From NCBI GenBank assembly GCA_014860625.1, contig JACZJJ010000088.1, forward strand, positions 12,468 through 76,467: DNA of 64,000 nucleotides, written 5' to 3'. Position 1 is the first letter of the stretch. Each line of letters opens with the position of its first letter. A program made the position numbers and the translations under genes. Under the pieces are notes generated by a model that did no database searches, was not told the DNA's origin, and saw only the letters and a program-made list of their open reading frames with translations. Source of the DNA: Bacteroidales bacterium (GTDB taxonomy: Bacteria; Bacteroidota; Bacteroidia; Bacteroidales; FEN-979). Shown piece by piece: positions 37,801 through 46,137 of the stretch.

Positions 37801-38977
37801 AGTCCAACACTTCAATTAACCTCGAACACGCCTCTTCAATCTCCTCTTTGGTGATCGTAAGCGGAGGAGCTATGCGAAAGGTTGCAGGCTTAAACAGGTA
37901 CCAGTCAATGATGATTCCGTGGTTCAATGCTGCCTCCATAAAAGGTTGTCGTTTATCGTGATCCACCATATCCAATCCGATCGCCAAACCTCTCCTCCGA
38001 TATGACGCTATTGCCGGGTGTTTGCAAACTTTCTCCTCAAATTGACGACCTTTCTCTTCTACTTCACTTAGCAGACCATCAGCAAGTAAAACCTCTATTC
38101 CGGCCAACGCAGCCGCACAACTTACGGGATGCCCGCCAAAGGTGGTGATGTGACCAAGTTCAGGATTAAAGGCCAGCGAATCCATGACCTGCTTTGGAGC
38201 GATAAAAGCTCCCAGTGGCATTCCGGCACCCAGTGCTTTCGCCAGGACCAGGACATCCGGAACAAAACCATACTGTTCAAAAGAAAACAAACTCCCGGTA
38301 CGGCCAAATCCCATCTGAACATCATCGATCACCAGCAGCGTCCCTGTTTCAGCACACCGCTCTCTGAGTCGTTGAAGGAAATTAGCTTCCGGAAGGATCA
38401 GTCCGGCTTCTGCCTGGATGGTCTCTGCAACCACGCAAGCTGTTTTCTCCGTTATTTTATCAAGGTCATCAAAATGGTTGAACTTCAGGTGCCGGATGTC
38501 GGGGATCAAAGGACGAAAGGCACTTTTCATCATTTCGTTTCCAAGAATGGAGAGTGCTCCCTGAGTGGATCCGTGGTAGGCATCTTTAAACGCAATGATC
38601 TCCTGCCGGCCGGTATATCGTTTTGCCAGTTTCATAGCCCCCTCTATGGCTTCACTGCCTGAATTGACAAAGTAGACCGAATCGAGGGAAGGGGGTAAAA
38701 GGTCAGTTAGCCGCTTGGCGAGTTTTACCTGGGGAGATTGAATAAACTCCCCGTAAACATTGAGATACAAATACTTATCAAGTTGTTCATCGATTGCTGA
38801 GAGAACCATCGGATGCCGGTGACCGATGTTGCTGACTGAAATTCCGGAAACAAGATCAAGGAAACGATTCCCATCGCGATCTGTCAGCCAAACCCCTTCT
38901 GCATGTACAATATCCAATGCCATGGGGGTAAACGAGGGTAATCCCAGATGCCTGTAAAACAACTCCCTGTCAGTCAT
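37790..38977 (-). CDS. class-III pyridoxal-phosphate aminotransferase (acetylornithine/ornithine aminotransferase-like)
   Basis: 395 aa with SGSEAIEGAMKLA, a DDVQMGFGRTG motif and a LAKALGAGMP Lys region. Confidence 0.9.
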   Translation of the reverse strand: MTDRELFYRHLGLPSFTPMALDIVHAEGVWLTDRDGNRFLDLVSGISVSNIGHRHPMVLSAIDEQLDKYLYLNVYGEFIQSPQVKLAKRLTDLLPPSLDSVYFVNSGSEAIEGAMKLAKRYTGRQEIIAFKDAYHGSTQGALSILGNEMMKSAFRPLIPDIRHLKFNHFDDLDKITEKTACVVAETIQAEAGLILPEANFLQRLRERCAETGTLLVIDDVQMGFGRTGSLFSFEQYGFVPDVLVLAKALGAGMPLGAFIAPKQVMDSLAFNPELGHITTFGGHPVSCAAALAGIEVLLADGLLSEVEEKGRQFEEKVCKHPAIASYRRRGLAIGLDMVDHDKRQPFMEAALNHGIIIDWYLFKPATFRIAPPLTITKEEIEEACSRLIEVLDYVN

Positions 38978-38984
38978 GGGTTAA

Positions 38985-39044
38985 TGTGATAATGTGCTGA
39001 TGTGTTGATGTGCTGATGTGTTCATGTGATAATGTGCTGATGTT
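38985..39044. repeat. period-8 degenerate array, 7.5 units (tgtgataa/tgtgctga/tgtgttga/tgtgctga/tgtgttca/tgtgataa/tgtgctga/tgtt)
   Basis: Read directly from the sequence. It begins 8 nt from the aminotransferase start codon in a divergent intergenic region. Confidence 0.85.
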
Positions 39045-39045
39045 A

Positions 39046-39102
39046 CGAAATTACAAAAACAGATGAATTGTTCTGATTTTCATTATCGATTTTGTAATTT
39101 CG
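39046..39102. repeat. perfect 13-bp inverted repeat (cgaaattacaaaa ... ttttgtaatttcg) with 31-nt spacer
   Basis: Checked by hand: arms at 39046-39058 and 39090-39102. Confidence 0.85.
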
Positions 39103-39106
39103 CTTT

Positions 39107-39138
39107 TTCACTAGTTCACTATTTCACCATTTGTTTAT
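39107..39138. repeat. period-8 degenerate array (ttcactag/ttcactat/ttcaccat/ttgtttat) running into the SDR start codon
   Basis: Read directly from the sequence. ATG 39137 is inside the last unit. Confidence 0.7.
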
Positions 39139-39943
39139 GAAAGACAAAGTCGTTGTCATCACAGGAGCTGCATCCGGTATTGGAAAGGCCCTCGCCTTTG
39201 AATGCGCCAGTAGGGGAGCCAAGCTTTCACTGGCTGACCGCAACAGCCAGTCCCTTGAAATCATCAGGGATGAGTTAATGAAAAGAGGCACGGAAGTGAT
39301 TGCGACGGAAACCGATGTGACAAAAGAAGATGATTGCAAGCGATTTATATCTAATACGATAAGCCACTTCAACAGGATTGATGTACTGATCAACAATGCA
39401 GGGATCTCCATGCGCGCATTGTTTGAGGAGGTAGACCTTGATGTCCTCCGTCGGGTCATGGATGTCAATTTCTGGGGTGCGGTTTACTGCACCAAATATG
39501 CATTGCCCAAACTGTTGAAAACCAATGGTTCGGTTACCGGTGTCTCCTCTATTGCAGGGTATAAGGGGTTGCCCGGACGAACTGGCTACTCTGCATCAAA
39601 ATTTGCTCTTCAGGGCTTCCTGGAGGTGATCCGGATAGAAAATATGAAGAAGGGTTTGCATGTGTTGGTCGCATGTCCCGGTTTTACCAGTTCAAACATC
39701 CGAAATGCTGCACTTGCAAAGGATGGCAGCAATCAGGGAGAATCTCCGCGCGACGAAGCAAAGATGATGATGCCTGAAGAGGTTGCCCGACAGATCTGTA
39801 ATGCTATCGAAAAGAGGAAACACAGGCTCACCATGACATCCCAGGGAAAGATGACTGTTCTCCTGAACAAATTCTTCCCGAAGTTCATGGATAAAATGGT
39901 TTACAATCACATGGCGAAGGAGCCGGATTCTCCCTTTAAGTAA
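39137..39943 (+). CDS. short-chain dehydrogenase/reductase (classical SDR)
   Basis: 268 aa from ATG 39137 (MKDKVVVITGAASGIGKA), with YSASKFAL catalytic Y-x3-K. Confidence 0.9.
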   Translation: MKDKVVVITGAASGIGKALAFECASRGAKLSLADRNSQSLEIIRDELMKRGTEVIATETDVTKEDDCKRFISNTISHFNRIDVLINNAGISMRALFEEVDLDVLRRVMDVNFWGAVYCTKYALPKLLKTNGSVTGVSSIAGYKGLPGRTGYSASKFALQGFLEVIRIENMKKGLHVLVACPGFTSSNIRNAALAKDGSNQGESPRDEAKMMMPEEVARQICNAIEKRKHRLTMTSQGKMTVLLNKFFPKFMDKMVYNHMAKEPDSPFK

Positions 39944-39945
39944 AG

Positions 39946-39973
39946 TACGAGTAACAATTTACGATTAACAATT
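39946..39973. repeat. 14-bp direct repeat x2 (tacgagtaacaatt / tacgattaacaatt)
   Basis: Read directly from the sequence. It fills the convergent SDR/xerD gap. It shares the 12-mer caatttacgatt with the reverse complement of the 12594-12635 array. Confidence 0.75.
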
Positions 39974-39978
39974 GCAAA

Positions 39979-40878
39979 TCATTTCCTGGGGTGGAACTGA
40001 GTAATGGTACTCCTCAGGTACTCCCGGTCAAGGTGCGTATATATTTCTGTTGTAGTGATCGATTCGTGACCAAGCATCTCCTGAACTGCGCGTAAATCGG
40101 CTCCACCCTCCACCAGGTGGGTAGCAAAAGAGTGACGGAACGTATGTGGACTGATTGTTTTCCTGATCCCTGCTTTCCCGGCAAGATCTTTAATGATGAC
40201 GAAAATCATCGCCCTGCTAAGTTTTGATCCCCTTCTGTTCAGGAACAGGATATCCTCATTGCCCCGCATTACATGCTGAAGTGGACGAACTGAATCCTTG
40301 TATATTGTTATCTGTTTTTGAGCGCTTTTCCCGATAGGAACGAGTCGTTCTTTGTCTCCCTTTCCGATTACCCGTACAAATCCTTCGGGAAGGTAAAGGG
40401 AAGAGATTTTCAACTCAATGAGTTCGGTGACCCGAAGTCCGCAACCGTAAAGGACCTCCACGATCGCCTTGTTTCGCTCACCTTCAGGCTTGCTGAGGTC
40501 AATCACCCCAACCAGGGTATCAATCTCGCTGCTTGTCAATACAACAGGTAATTTTCGCCCGATCCTCGGAGCCTCAATCAGTTCAGTGGGATCGGTTTGA
40601 ACGATATTCTCAATCAACAGAAATTTGTAGAAAGACTTCAGTCCTGATACCATTCTCGATTGGGTACGCGGTGTCATCCTCAGTACAGTGACCCATTTAA
40701 GTAACGATTGCAGATGATGAGGCTGAACCTGGGCAGGTTGAATGTTTTCTCCCGATTGGTCAAGGAATTGGATCAATTTCGTAACATCATGCAGATAGCC
40801 CTCAATGGTATTTTCCGACAACGATTTCTCCAGTCGAAGATATGCGTTGAATCCATTCAGGTAAGAGTCCCATTTCAT
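39979..40878 (-). CDS. xerD: site-specific tyrosine recombinase XerD
   Basis: 299 aa with an N-terminal SAM-like core-binding domain and HTFRHSFATHLVEGGADLRAVQEMLGHESITTTEIYTH (R-H-R-Y catalytic set). Confidence 0.9.
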   Translation of the reverse strand: MKWDSYLNGFNAYLRLEKSLSENTIEGYLHDVTKLIQFLDQSGENIQPAQVQPHHLQSLLKWVTVLRMTPRTQSRMVSGLKSFYKFLLIENIVQTDPTELIEAPRIGRKLPVVLTSSEIDTLVGVIDLSKPEGERNKAIVEVLYGCGLRVTELIELKISSLYLPEGFVRVIGKGDKERLVPIGKSAQKQITIYKDSVRPLQHVMRGNEDILFLNRRGSKLSRAMIFVIIKDLAGKAGIRKTISPHTFRHSFATHLVEGGADLRAVQEMLGHESITTTEIYTHLDREYLRSTITQFHPRK

Positions 40879-40883
40879 GAAGC

Positions 40884-41660
40884 CTATTCCCCCTTAAATT
40901 CTGGTTTACGCTTTTCGCGGAATGCCTTGATCCCTTCGTGGTAATCGTTGCTCTCCCATACCATGGTTCGCAATCCCTCGATCTTTTCGAACACATCTGC
41001 ACTTAGAGCCTGGGAGTTGGAGAGGATCCTGAACTGCTCCTTGATGACACTGATCGCAAGAGGGGAGAGGGTTGCAATATGCTCAGCCATCTCCATGGTA
41101 TACGCTTCCAGTTGATCCTCCTCCACGATATGATTAATGACACCCCATCGTTCAGCAAGCACAGCATCTATGGGTCGTGCCGTAAAAAACATCTCCTTGG
41201 CCTGGTTGATGCCTAATCGTGCGATAAAGTGACAGATTCCTGAGGCATTGTAGGGAACTCCCAGTTTAGCCGGTGTGATAGCTAGTGTTGTCGTCGTGTC
41301 GCCAATGGAAATATCCGATGTCATAATAAGGTCGCAGGCTCCTCCCCAAACACTGCCATGAATCTGGGTGATTACCGGTCCGGGATAGCGCTGTATTGCC
41401 CGTAAAAGAACTTCCAACGGATCGTTAAAGCCAAGTGGATCCTGATTGTTTTCAGGAAGTTCCGGGATATAATGCCCGGCCGACCAAACATTGCTCTTAT
41501 TGGGTTCAGCACGAATGATGATGACCCTCATCTTATCTTCTTTAAACGACTCTAATGAAGCTACTAACCCGTGCACCATTTCCTGGCTCAAAGCATTCAG
41601 TTTTTCCGGATGATTCAATGAAACGATTCCTGTTTTGTTGCGCTTTTCGGTTTTTATCAT
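40884..41660 (-). CDS. crotonase-superfamily enzyme, methylmalonyl-CoA decarboxylase (ScpB/YgfG)-like
   Basis: 258 aa. Similar along its length to E. coli YgfG as I recall it (..SAGH.I.ELP...DPL...GSVWGGA...TP..LGVPYN...YQEG..AF.EKRKP.F.G). Confidence 0.75.
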   Translation of the reverse strand: MIKTEKRNKTGIVSLNHPEKLNALSQEMVHGLVASLESFKEDKMRVIIIRAEPNKSNVWSAGHYIPELPENNQDPLGFNDPLEVLLRAIQRYPGPVITQIHGSVWGGACDLIMTSDISIGDTTTTLAITPAKLGVPYNASGICHFIARLGINQAKEMFFTARPIDAVLAERWGVINHIVEEDQLEAYTMEMAEHIATLSPLAISVIKEQFRILSNSQALSADVFEKIEGLRTMVWESNDYHEGIKAFREKRKPEFKGE

Positions 41661-41733
41661 GATTCGGGAAGAATAGTTTGGCTTCTAAAGTAAAGATTTT
41701 TGACGTTTGTTTTGATATTAACCGGAAAATATT

Positions 41734-41741
41734 TAATTTTG
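41734..41741 (+). promoter_or_regulatory. Bacteroidota -7 promoter box (TAatTTTG) upstream of rpmG
   Basis: Exact TAnnTTTG match, 27 nt upstream of ATG 41768. Confidence 0.5.
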
Positions 41742-41767
41742 CACGCCTTAAAACAGGAGAGAAAGCA

Positions 41768-41956
41768 ATGGCGAAAAAGAGTAAAGATCAGCGGATTCAA
41801 GTTATTTTGGAATGTACTGAGCAGAAGACCAGCGGAGTTCCGGGAATGTCGAGGTACATTACAACCAAGAACAAGAAGAATACTCCAGAGCGTTTGGAGA
41901 TCAAAAAATACAACCACTATCTGAAAAAGATGACGGTCCATAAAGAAATTAAATAA
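41768..41956 (+). CDS. rpmG: 50S ribosomal protein L33
   Basis: 62 aa from the internal ATG 41768 ([18 protein letters not shown]...[34 protein letters not shown]). Confidence 0.9.
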   Translation: MAKKSKDQRIQVILECTEQKTSGVPGMSRYITTKNKKNTPERLEIKKYNHYLKKMTVHKEIK

Positions 41957-41968
41957 TACGAATTAGTC

Positions 41969-42130
41969 ATGGCAAAGAAAGTAGTAGCAGCATTTAAGGG
42001 AGCCACCGCCAAAGATATCACCAAGGTGATCAAGATGGTTAAATCTCCGAAAACAGGAGCCTATACCTTCAAAGAGACAATGGTTCCCAATGAAAAAATC
42101 AAGGATTTCCTCGCTGCAAAAGAGAATTAA
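41969..42130 (+). CDS. small conserved Bacteroidota protein following L33 (DUF4295-like)
   Basis: 53-aa ORF below the ORF-track cutoff, translated by hand: MAKKVVAAFKGATAKDITKVIKMVKSPKTGAYTFKETMVPNEKIKDFLAAKEN. Its position between rpmG and ftsY is typical, and a terminator follows. Confidence 0.7.
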   Translation: MAKKVVAAFKGATAKDITKVIKMVKSPKTGAYTFKETMVPNEKIKDFLAAKEN

Positions 42131-42153
42131 GAGATTTTTTCAATCGCTCAAAG

Positions 42154-42186
42154 AAGCTTTTTTCCGGGTGAAAAAAGCTTTTTTTG
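42154..42186 (+). terminator. intrinsic terminator after the rpmG/small-ORF unit
   Basis: 10-bp perfect stem aagctttttt/aaaaaagctt (42154-42163 / 42171-42180), loop ccgggtg, followed by a T-run. Confidence 0.7.
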
Positions 42187-42216
42187 TATCGTAAATAACT
42201 CATAGTCGCTGAAACA

Positions 42217-43176
42217 ATGGGATTCTTTAACATCTTTTCGGGGGAAAAAAAGGAGCACCTTGAGAAAGGGCTTGAGAAGACAAAAACGTCCCTCTTTTCA
42301 AAGATATCCAAAGCGGTAATCGGTAAATCCAAAGTGGATGATGAGGTCCTTGACAACCTGGAGGAGGTACTGGTCACCTCTGATGTTGGCGTAGAAACCA
42401 CTCTTCGGATCATTGAACGAATCCAGCAGAGGGCCGCCCGTGATAAATTTCTGGGAACAGGTGAACTGAACAAACTACTGAAAGAGGAGATCGTTGCCCT
42501 GCTTCAGGAGAACAGTACCGACGACTATACCGGATTCGTCATCCCCGAAGGAAAGAAACCCTATATTATTATGGTTGTTGGTGTCAACGGTGTTGGAAAG
42601 ACCACCACCATTGGCAAACTTGCCTATCAGTTCAAACAATCCGGAAAATCGGTGCTGCTCGGTGCTGCAGATACATTTCGAGCTGCTGCAGTGGATCAGC
42701 TAACGATCTGGGCTCAAAGGGTAGGAGTCCCCATTGTGACACACGGCATGGGGACTGACCCCGCATCCGTCGCTTTCGACACCGTGAATCGTGCGATCTC
42801 CGCTCAATCCGATATCGTAATCATCGATACAGCCGGCCGTCTTCACAACAAAATCAACCTGATGAACGAATTATCCAAGATCAGAAAGGTGATTCAGAAA
42901 CTTGTTCCCGATGGTCCCCATGAAGTACTCCTGATTCTTGATGCATCCACAGGTCAAAATGCCTTTGAGCAGGCCAAGCATTTCACTGCAGCCACGGAAG
43001 TGAATGCCCTGGCTCTGACCAAACTCGATGGCACTGCAAAAGGAGGGGTTGTGATTGGAATCTCAGATCAGTTCAAAATTCCGGTAAAATACATCGGAAT
43101 AGGGGAAAAAATGGAAGATCTTCAGGTATTTAACCGTGCCGAATTTGTGGACAGCCTCTTTACTGACAGCCATTGA
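42217..43176 (+). CDS. ftsY: signal recognition particle receptor FtsY
   Basis: 319 aa with GVNGVGKTTTIGKLA (G1), DTAGRL (G3) and TKLDG (G4). Confidence 0.95.
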   Translation: MGFFNIFSGEKKEHLEKGLEKTKTSLFSKISKAVIGKSKVDDEVLDNLEEVLVTSDVGVETTLRIIERIQQRAARDKFLGTGELNKLLKEEIVALLQENSTDDYTGFVIPEGKKPYIIMVVGVNGVGKTTTIGKLAYQFKQSGKSVLLGAADTFRAAAVDQLTIWAQRVGVPIVTHGMGTDPASVAFDTVNRAISAQSDIVIIDTAGRLHNKINLMNELSKIRKVIQKLVPDGPHEVLLILDASTGQNAFEQAKHFTAATEVNALALTKLDGTAKGGVVIGISDQFKIPVKYIGIGEKMEDLQVFNRAEFVDSLFTDSH

Positions 43177-44483
43177 CAACTTCCAAAAATAACGGCATCG
43201 GTCTGGTTTCTTTAGGGTGCGCCAAAAATCTTGTCGACAGTGAAGTATTGATAAAGCAGCTCGAATACAGTAAGTTTCGAATCGTATTTGAGCCCAAAAC
43301 CCTCCATCATATTGACACCGTTATTGTCAACACGTGTGGATTCATTGGCGATGCCAAAAAAGAGTCCATCGATATCATTTTACACTACGCAGAAGCAAAG
43401 CGAACAGGGAAAATTCAACGGCTTTTCCTTATGGGATGCCTGACAGAACGCTATCGTCATGAACTTGCCATTGAAATTCCTGAAGCTGATGGTATTTTTG
43501 GAGTCAATCAGTTGCCTGAGATTGTTCGGGAAATAGGAGGAGAATACCGTACTAAACTTCTGGGAGAGAGGAAAATAACTACGCCACCACATTACGCATA
43601 CCTGAAAATCGCAGAGGGCTGTGACCGTACATGTTCATTTTGTGCCATTCCGTCGATCCGGGGGCCACACAAGTCGAGACCTATTGGGGAGATTGTCTCA
43701 GAAGCGAAATACCTCGCCGAAACAGGGGTGAAGGAGTTGCTGGTGATATCACAGGATACCACTTTTTACGGGATCGATCTATATGGAAGGCGCAGGTTAG
43801 CAGACCTGTTAAATAACCTGGCAGAGATTAAAGCGATCCAATGGATTCGCCTGCATTATACCTATCCGCATGCATTCCCTTTCGATGTCCTCGATGTCAT
43901 CAGGGATCACCCGAACATCTGCAACTACATCGACATTCCTCTTCAGCATATCAGCAATCATATTCTGCGTTCCATGAAGCGGGGAATGTCCGGAAATAAA
44001 TCACGGGAACTGATTGAAAGGATCCGAAATACCATCCCGCGCGTGGCAATACGAACAACATTTATAACTGGCTACCCGGGAGAGTCTGAAAACGATTTTA
44101 ACGAACTGTGCCAGTTTGTTGAGGCATCCGAATTTGAGCGGATGGGAGTTTTTACCTATTCTCATGAAGAGGGAACACCTGCCTATCAGTTGAAAGATAA
44201 CCTGCCGGAGAAAATCAAACTAAAACGCCAGGCTCACCTGATGCAACTTCAGGAACAGATCTCGCTGAAGCATAACCAGAAATTGGTTGGGAAAGAGATC
44301 AACGTATTGATAGACAGGGAGGAAAATGAATTTTGGGTAGGAAGGAGTGAAGCCGACTCCCCTGAAGTTGACCAGGAGATATTTGTCAGAAAAACGGGTA
44401 ACCCAATTCATCCGGGAACCTTTTACACGGTTCATATTACCGAAGCCAATCATTTCGACTTGCTGGGTGAAATCCCGGTATAA
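43173..44483 (+). CDS. rimO: ribosomal protein S12 methylthiotransferase RimO
   Basis: 436 aa with an N-terminal UPF0004 Cys triad (LGCAKN..NTCGF..GCL), a radical SAM CDRTCSFCAIP motif and a C-terminal TRAM domain. The TTG start overlaps the ftsY stop. Confidence 0.9.
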   Translation: MTTSKNNGIGLVSLGCAKNLVDSEVLIKQLEYSKFRIVFEPKTLHHIDTVIVNTCGFIGDAKKESIDIILHYAEAKRTGKIQRLFLMGCLTERYRHELAIEIPEADGIFGVNQLPEIVREIGGEYRTKLLGERKITTPPHYAYLKIAEGCDRTCSFCAIPSIRGPHKSRPIGEIVSEAKYLAETGVKELLVISQDTTFYGIDLYGRRRLADLLNNLAEIKAIQWIRLHYTYPHAFPFDVLDVIRDHPNICNYIDIPLQHISNHILRSMKRGMSGNKSRELIERIRNTIPRVAIRTTFITGYPGESENDFNELCQFVEASEFERMGVFTYSHEEGTPAYQLKDNLPEKIKLKRQAHLMQLQEQISLKHNQKLVGKEINVLIDREENEFWVGRSEADSPEVDQEIFVRKTGNPIHPGTFYTVHITEANHFDLLGEIPV

Positions 44484-44498
44484 TTTGCTGCCATTTCT

Positions 44499-44506
44499 TA
44501 TTTTTG
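44499..44506 (+). promoter_or_regulatory. Bacteroidota -7 promoter box (TAttTTTG)
   Basis: Exact TAnnTTTG match, 22 nt upstream of ATG 44528. Confidence 0.45.
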
Positions 44507-44527
44507 CAAGATCTAAATATTGTTCCA

Positions 44528-45304
44528 ATGAAAAAGATTCTGAAATTGTTTATTGCTGTCATGTTTCTGTTTCCACTCATGGGGCTTTCCCAGAAAGAGT
44601 CATCTCAGCAGGTAAAAGAGCCTGTAAATCAGCTCAATGAAAATAATCAGAAGATAGGCTTCTGGAAAGAGAGGAATGGAGAGTTGACCAGCAGGGGAAG
44701 CTATGTTAACGGCCTGAAAGACGGAACCTGGGAGGCCTACCTTTCAGATGAACTTATTTTTCGGGTTGAGACTTACGCCAATGGTCGCCGCAACGGGATT
44801 ACCCTTCAATTTGACCGTAAAGGGAAGATTACCAATGTGGAACATTATAAAAACAACCAGCTTCACGGAGCTGTTTTTATCTACAGTTCCTTCTCTGCAA
44901 AATTGCTGAAGATGCAGGAGTATGACAATGGCAAGCTGACAGGCTTGTTCAGGAGTTATTACGATGATGGCAAAATTCAGGAAGAGGCATTTTACAGTGA
45001 GAATCAAAAACATGGCCCATCCAAATGGTTCAGTCGTGAAGGGAGGCTTATTGCCGTATACAATTATTACAATGGTTCATTTGAAGGGACTCAGCGTACG
45101 TTTTATGACAACGATACGACCTCATCCATTTGCAGGTACGAGAACAACCTTCAGGAGGGAGAGTACAAGGAGTATTACAGGAACGGAAAACCAAAGTTAA
45201 TAGGAGCCTACGAAAACGGGATCAAAGAGGGTCCCTGGACTGAATACGACGAAACCGGCAAATCTGTGAAGGTTACAAAGTACAAAAATGGCATCGCAAA
45301 ATAA
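44528..45304 (+). CDS. MORN-variant repeat protein (YwqK-like), secreted
   Basis: 258 aa from ATG 44528 (signal MKKILKLFIAVMFLF). Repeated G.W..Y...G....E..Y.NG..(H/E)G units. Confidence 0.75.
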   Translation: MKKILKLFIAVMFLFPLMGLSQKESSQQVKEPVNQLNENNQKIGFWKERNGELTSRGSYVNGLKDGTWEAYLSDELIFRVETYANGRRNGITLQFDRKGKITNVEHYKNNQLHGAVFIYSSFSAKLLKMQEYDNGKLTGLFRSYYDDGKIQEEAFYSENQKHGPSKWFSREGRLIAVYNYYNGSFEGTQRTFYDNDTTSSICRYENNLQEGEYKEYYRNGKPKLIGAYENGIKEGPWTEYDETGKSVKVTKYKNGIAK

Positions 45305-45806
45305 ACAGCGTAAGATCGTAAACCCCTTTGTTGAACTGCCGGGATACAATTGTTACGGTTGCAGTCCTGACAACTCGTTCGGGCTGCACATGACCTTTGC
45401 TGAAGAGGGAGAAGTGGTGACTTCTACCTGGAATCCGGAAAAGAAATTCCAGGGATATTTTGGAATTCTGCATGGTGGCATCCAGGCAGCATTGATGGAC
45501 GAGATTGCCAGTTGGGTTGTTTATGTCAAGCTTAAGACTGCGGGGTTTACTTCACGTGCTGAGGTCAGATACCACAAAACTGTTTATGTTGAGAAGGGAC
45601 CCTTGAAACTGTATGCACGCCCACTTAAAATGAGAAGAAACCTGGCAGATATCGAAGTGAAACTTTTCGATTCAAAGGGGATAAAATGTGCCTCGGGGAT
45701 ATTTACCTATTTCACGTTTTCAGAGGAACAGGCAAAAGATACCATGTACTATCCGGCACATAATGATTTTTTTGAGGAAGGGGAGGCGATTTCAGGCAAC
45801 GAATAA
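45288..45806 (+). CDS. PaaI/hotdog-fold thioesterase
   Basis: 172 aa with N-terminal C-x2-C (NCYGCSPDN) and a GILHGGIQAALMDEIASW motif. Confidence 0.8.
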   Translation: MASQNKQRKIVNPFVELPGYNCYGCSPDNSFGLHMTFAEEGEVVTSTWNPEKKFQGYFGILHGGIQAALMDEIASWVVYVKLKTAGFTSRAEVRYHKTVYVEKGPLKLYARPLKMRRNLADIEVKLFDSKGIKCASGIFTYFTFSEEQAKDTMYYPAHNDFFEEGEAISGNE

Positions 45807-45819
45807 AGAAAACCGGTGT

Positions 45820-46038
45820 CTATTTTCTACGGTTCTTAATTACATAATCTTTACGGGGTGAGCTCTGTTTATACCCGTACTTCGTTCCATAGTTGCTGCG
45901 GTTCTTTTTATTCTTTCCCTGCTGATACGTCCTGTCTGTCCTGCAACTGGATTTTCTGGAACCGGAACAGGAGGTCGTAAAAGGAATTGTGAACGAAATG
46001 AAAAGGATCAAAAGAATCGCGCTTAACCATTTAGACAT
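45820..46038 (-). CDS. small, highly basic putative lipoprotein (hypothetical)
   Basis: 72 aa with a signal peptide and TSC lipobox, then a K/R/S/Y-rich tail. No family recognised. Confidence 0.4.
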   Translation of the reverse strand: MSKWLSAILLILFISFTIPFTTSCSGSRKSSCRTDRTYQQGKNKKNRSNYGTKYGYKQSSPRKDYVIKNRRK

Positions 46039-46097
46039 GACAAAAAGTTTGGTTTGTAAATTTACATAAAATTACTAAACTCAAACCTGAAAATAAG

Positions 46098-46105
46098 TAT
46101 CTTTG
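46098..46105 (+). promoter_or_regulatory. Bacteroidota -7 promoter box (TAtcTTTG) upstream of the TonB-receptor locus
   Basis: Exact TAnnTTTG match, 33 nt upstream of ATG 46138. Confidence 0.5.
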
Positions 46106-46137
46106 TTCAGTTTTACTAATAATTAAATATCTTGAAT

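Noticed and set aside
12594-39973. Whether the short tandem arrays could be CRISPR arrays.
   Set aside because: The units are 7-14 nt with no unique spacers between them, the arrays are 60 bp or shorter, and there are no cas genes in the window.
39979-40878. The tyrosine recombinase as a marker of an integrated mobile element.
   Set aside because: It has full XerD-type motifs and length. It is flanked by housekeeping genes, with no direct repeats, tRNA target or cargo genes, so it is consistent with the chromosomal dimer-resolution XerD.
41657-41941. 94-aa minus-strand ORF and a 74-aa plus-strand alternative frame over the rpmG region.
   Set aside because: They overlap the clearly recognisable L33 coding frame and its promoter.
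46039-46137. A riboswitch (for example cobalamin) upstream of the TonB-dependent receptor locus.
   Set aside because: The leader is only about 90 nt, AT-rich, and contains no B12-box-like or other conserved riboswitch core that I can see.
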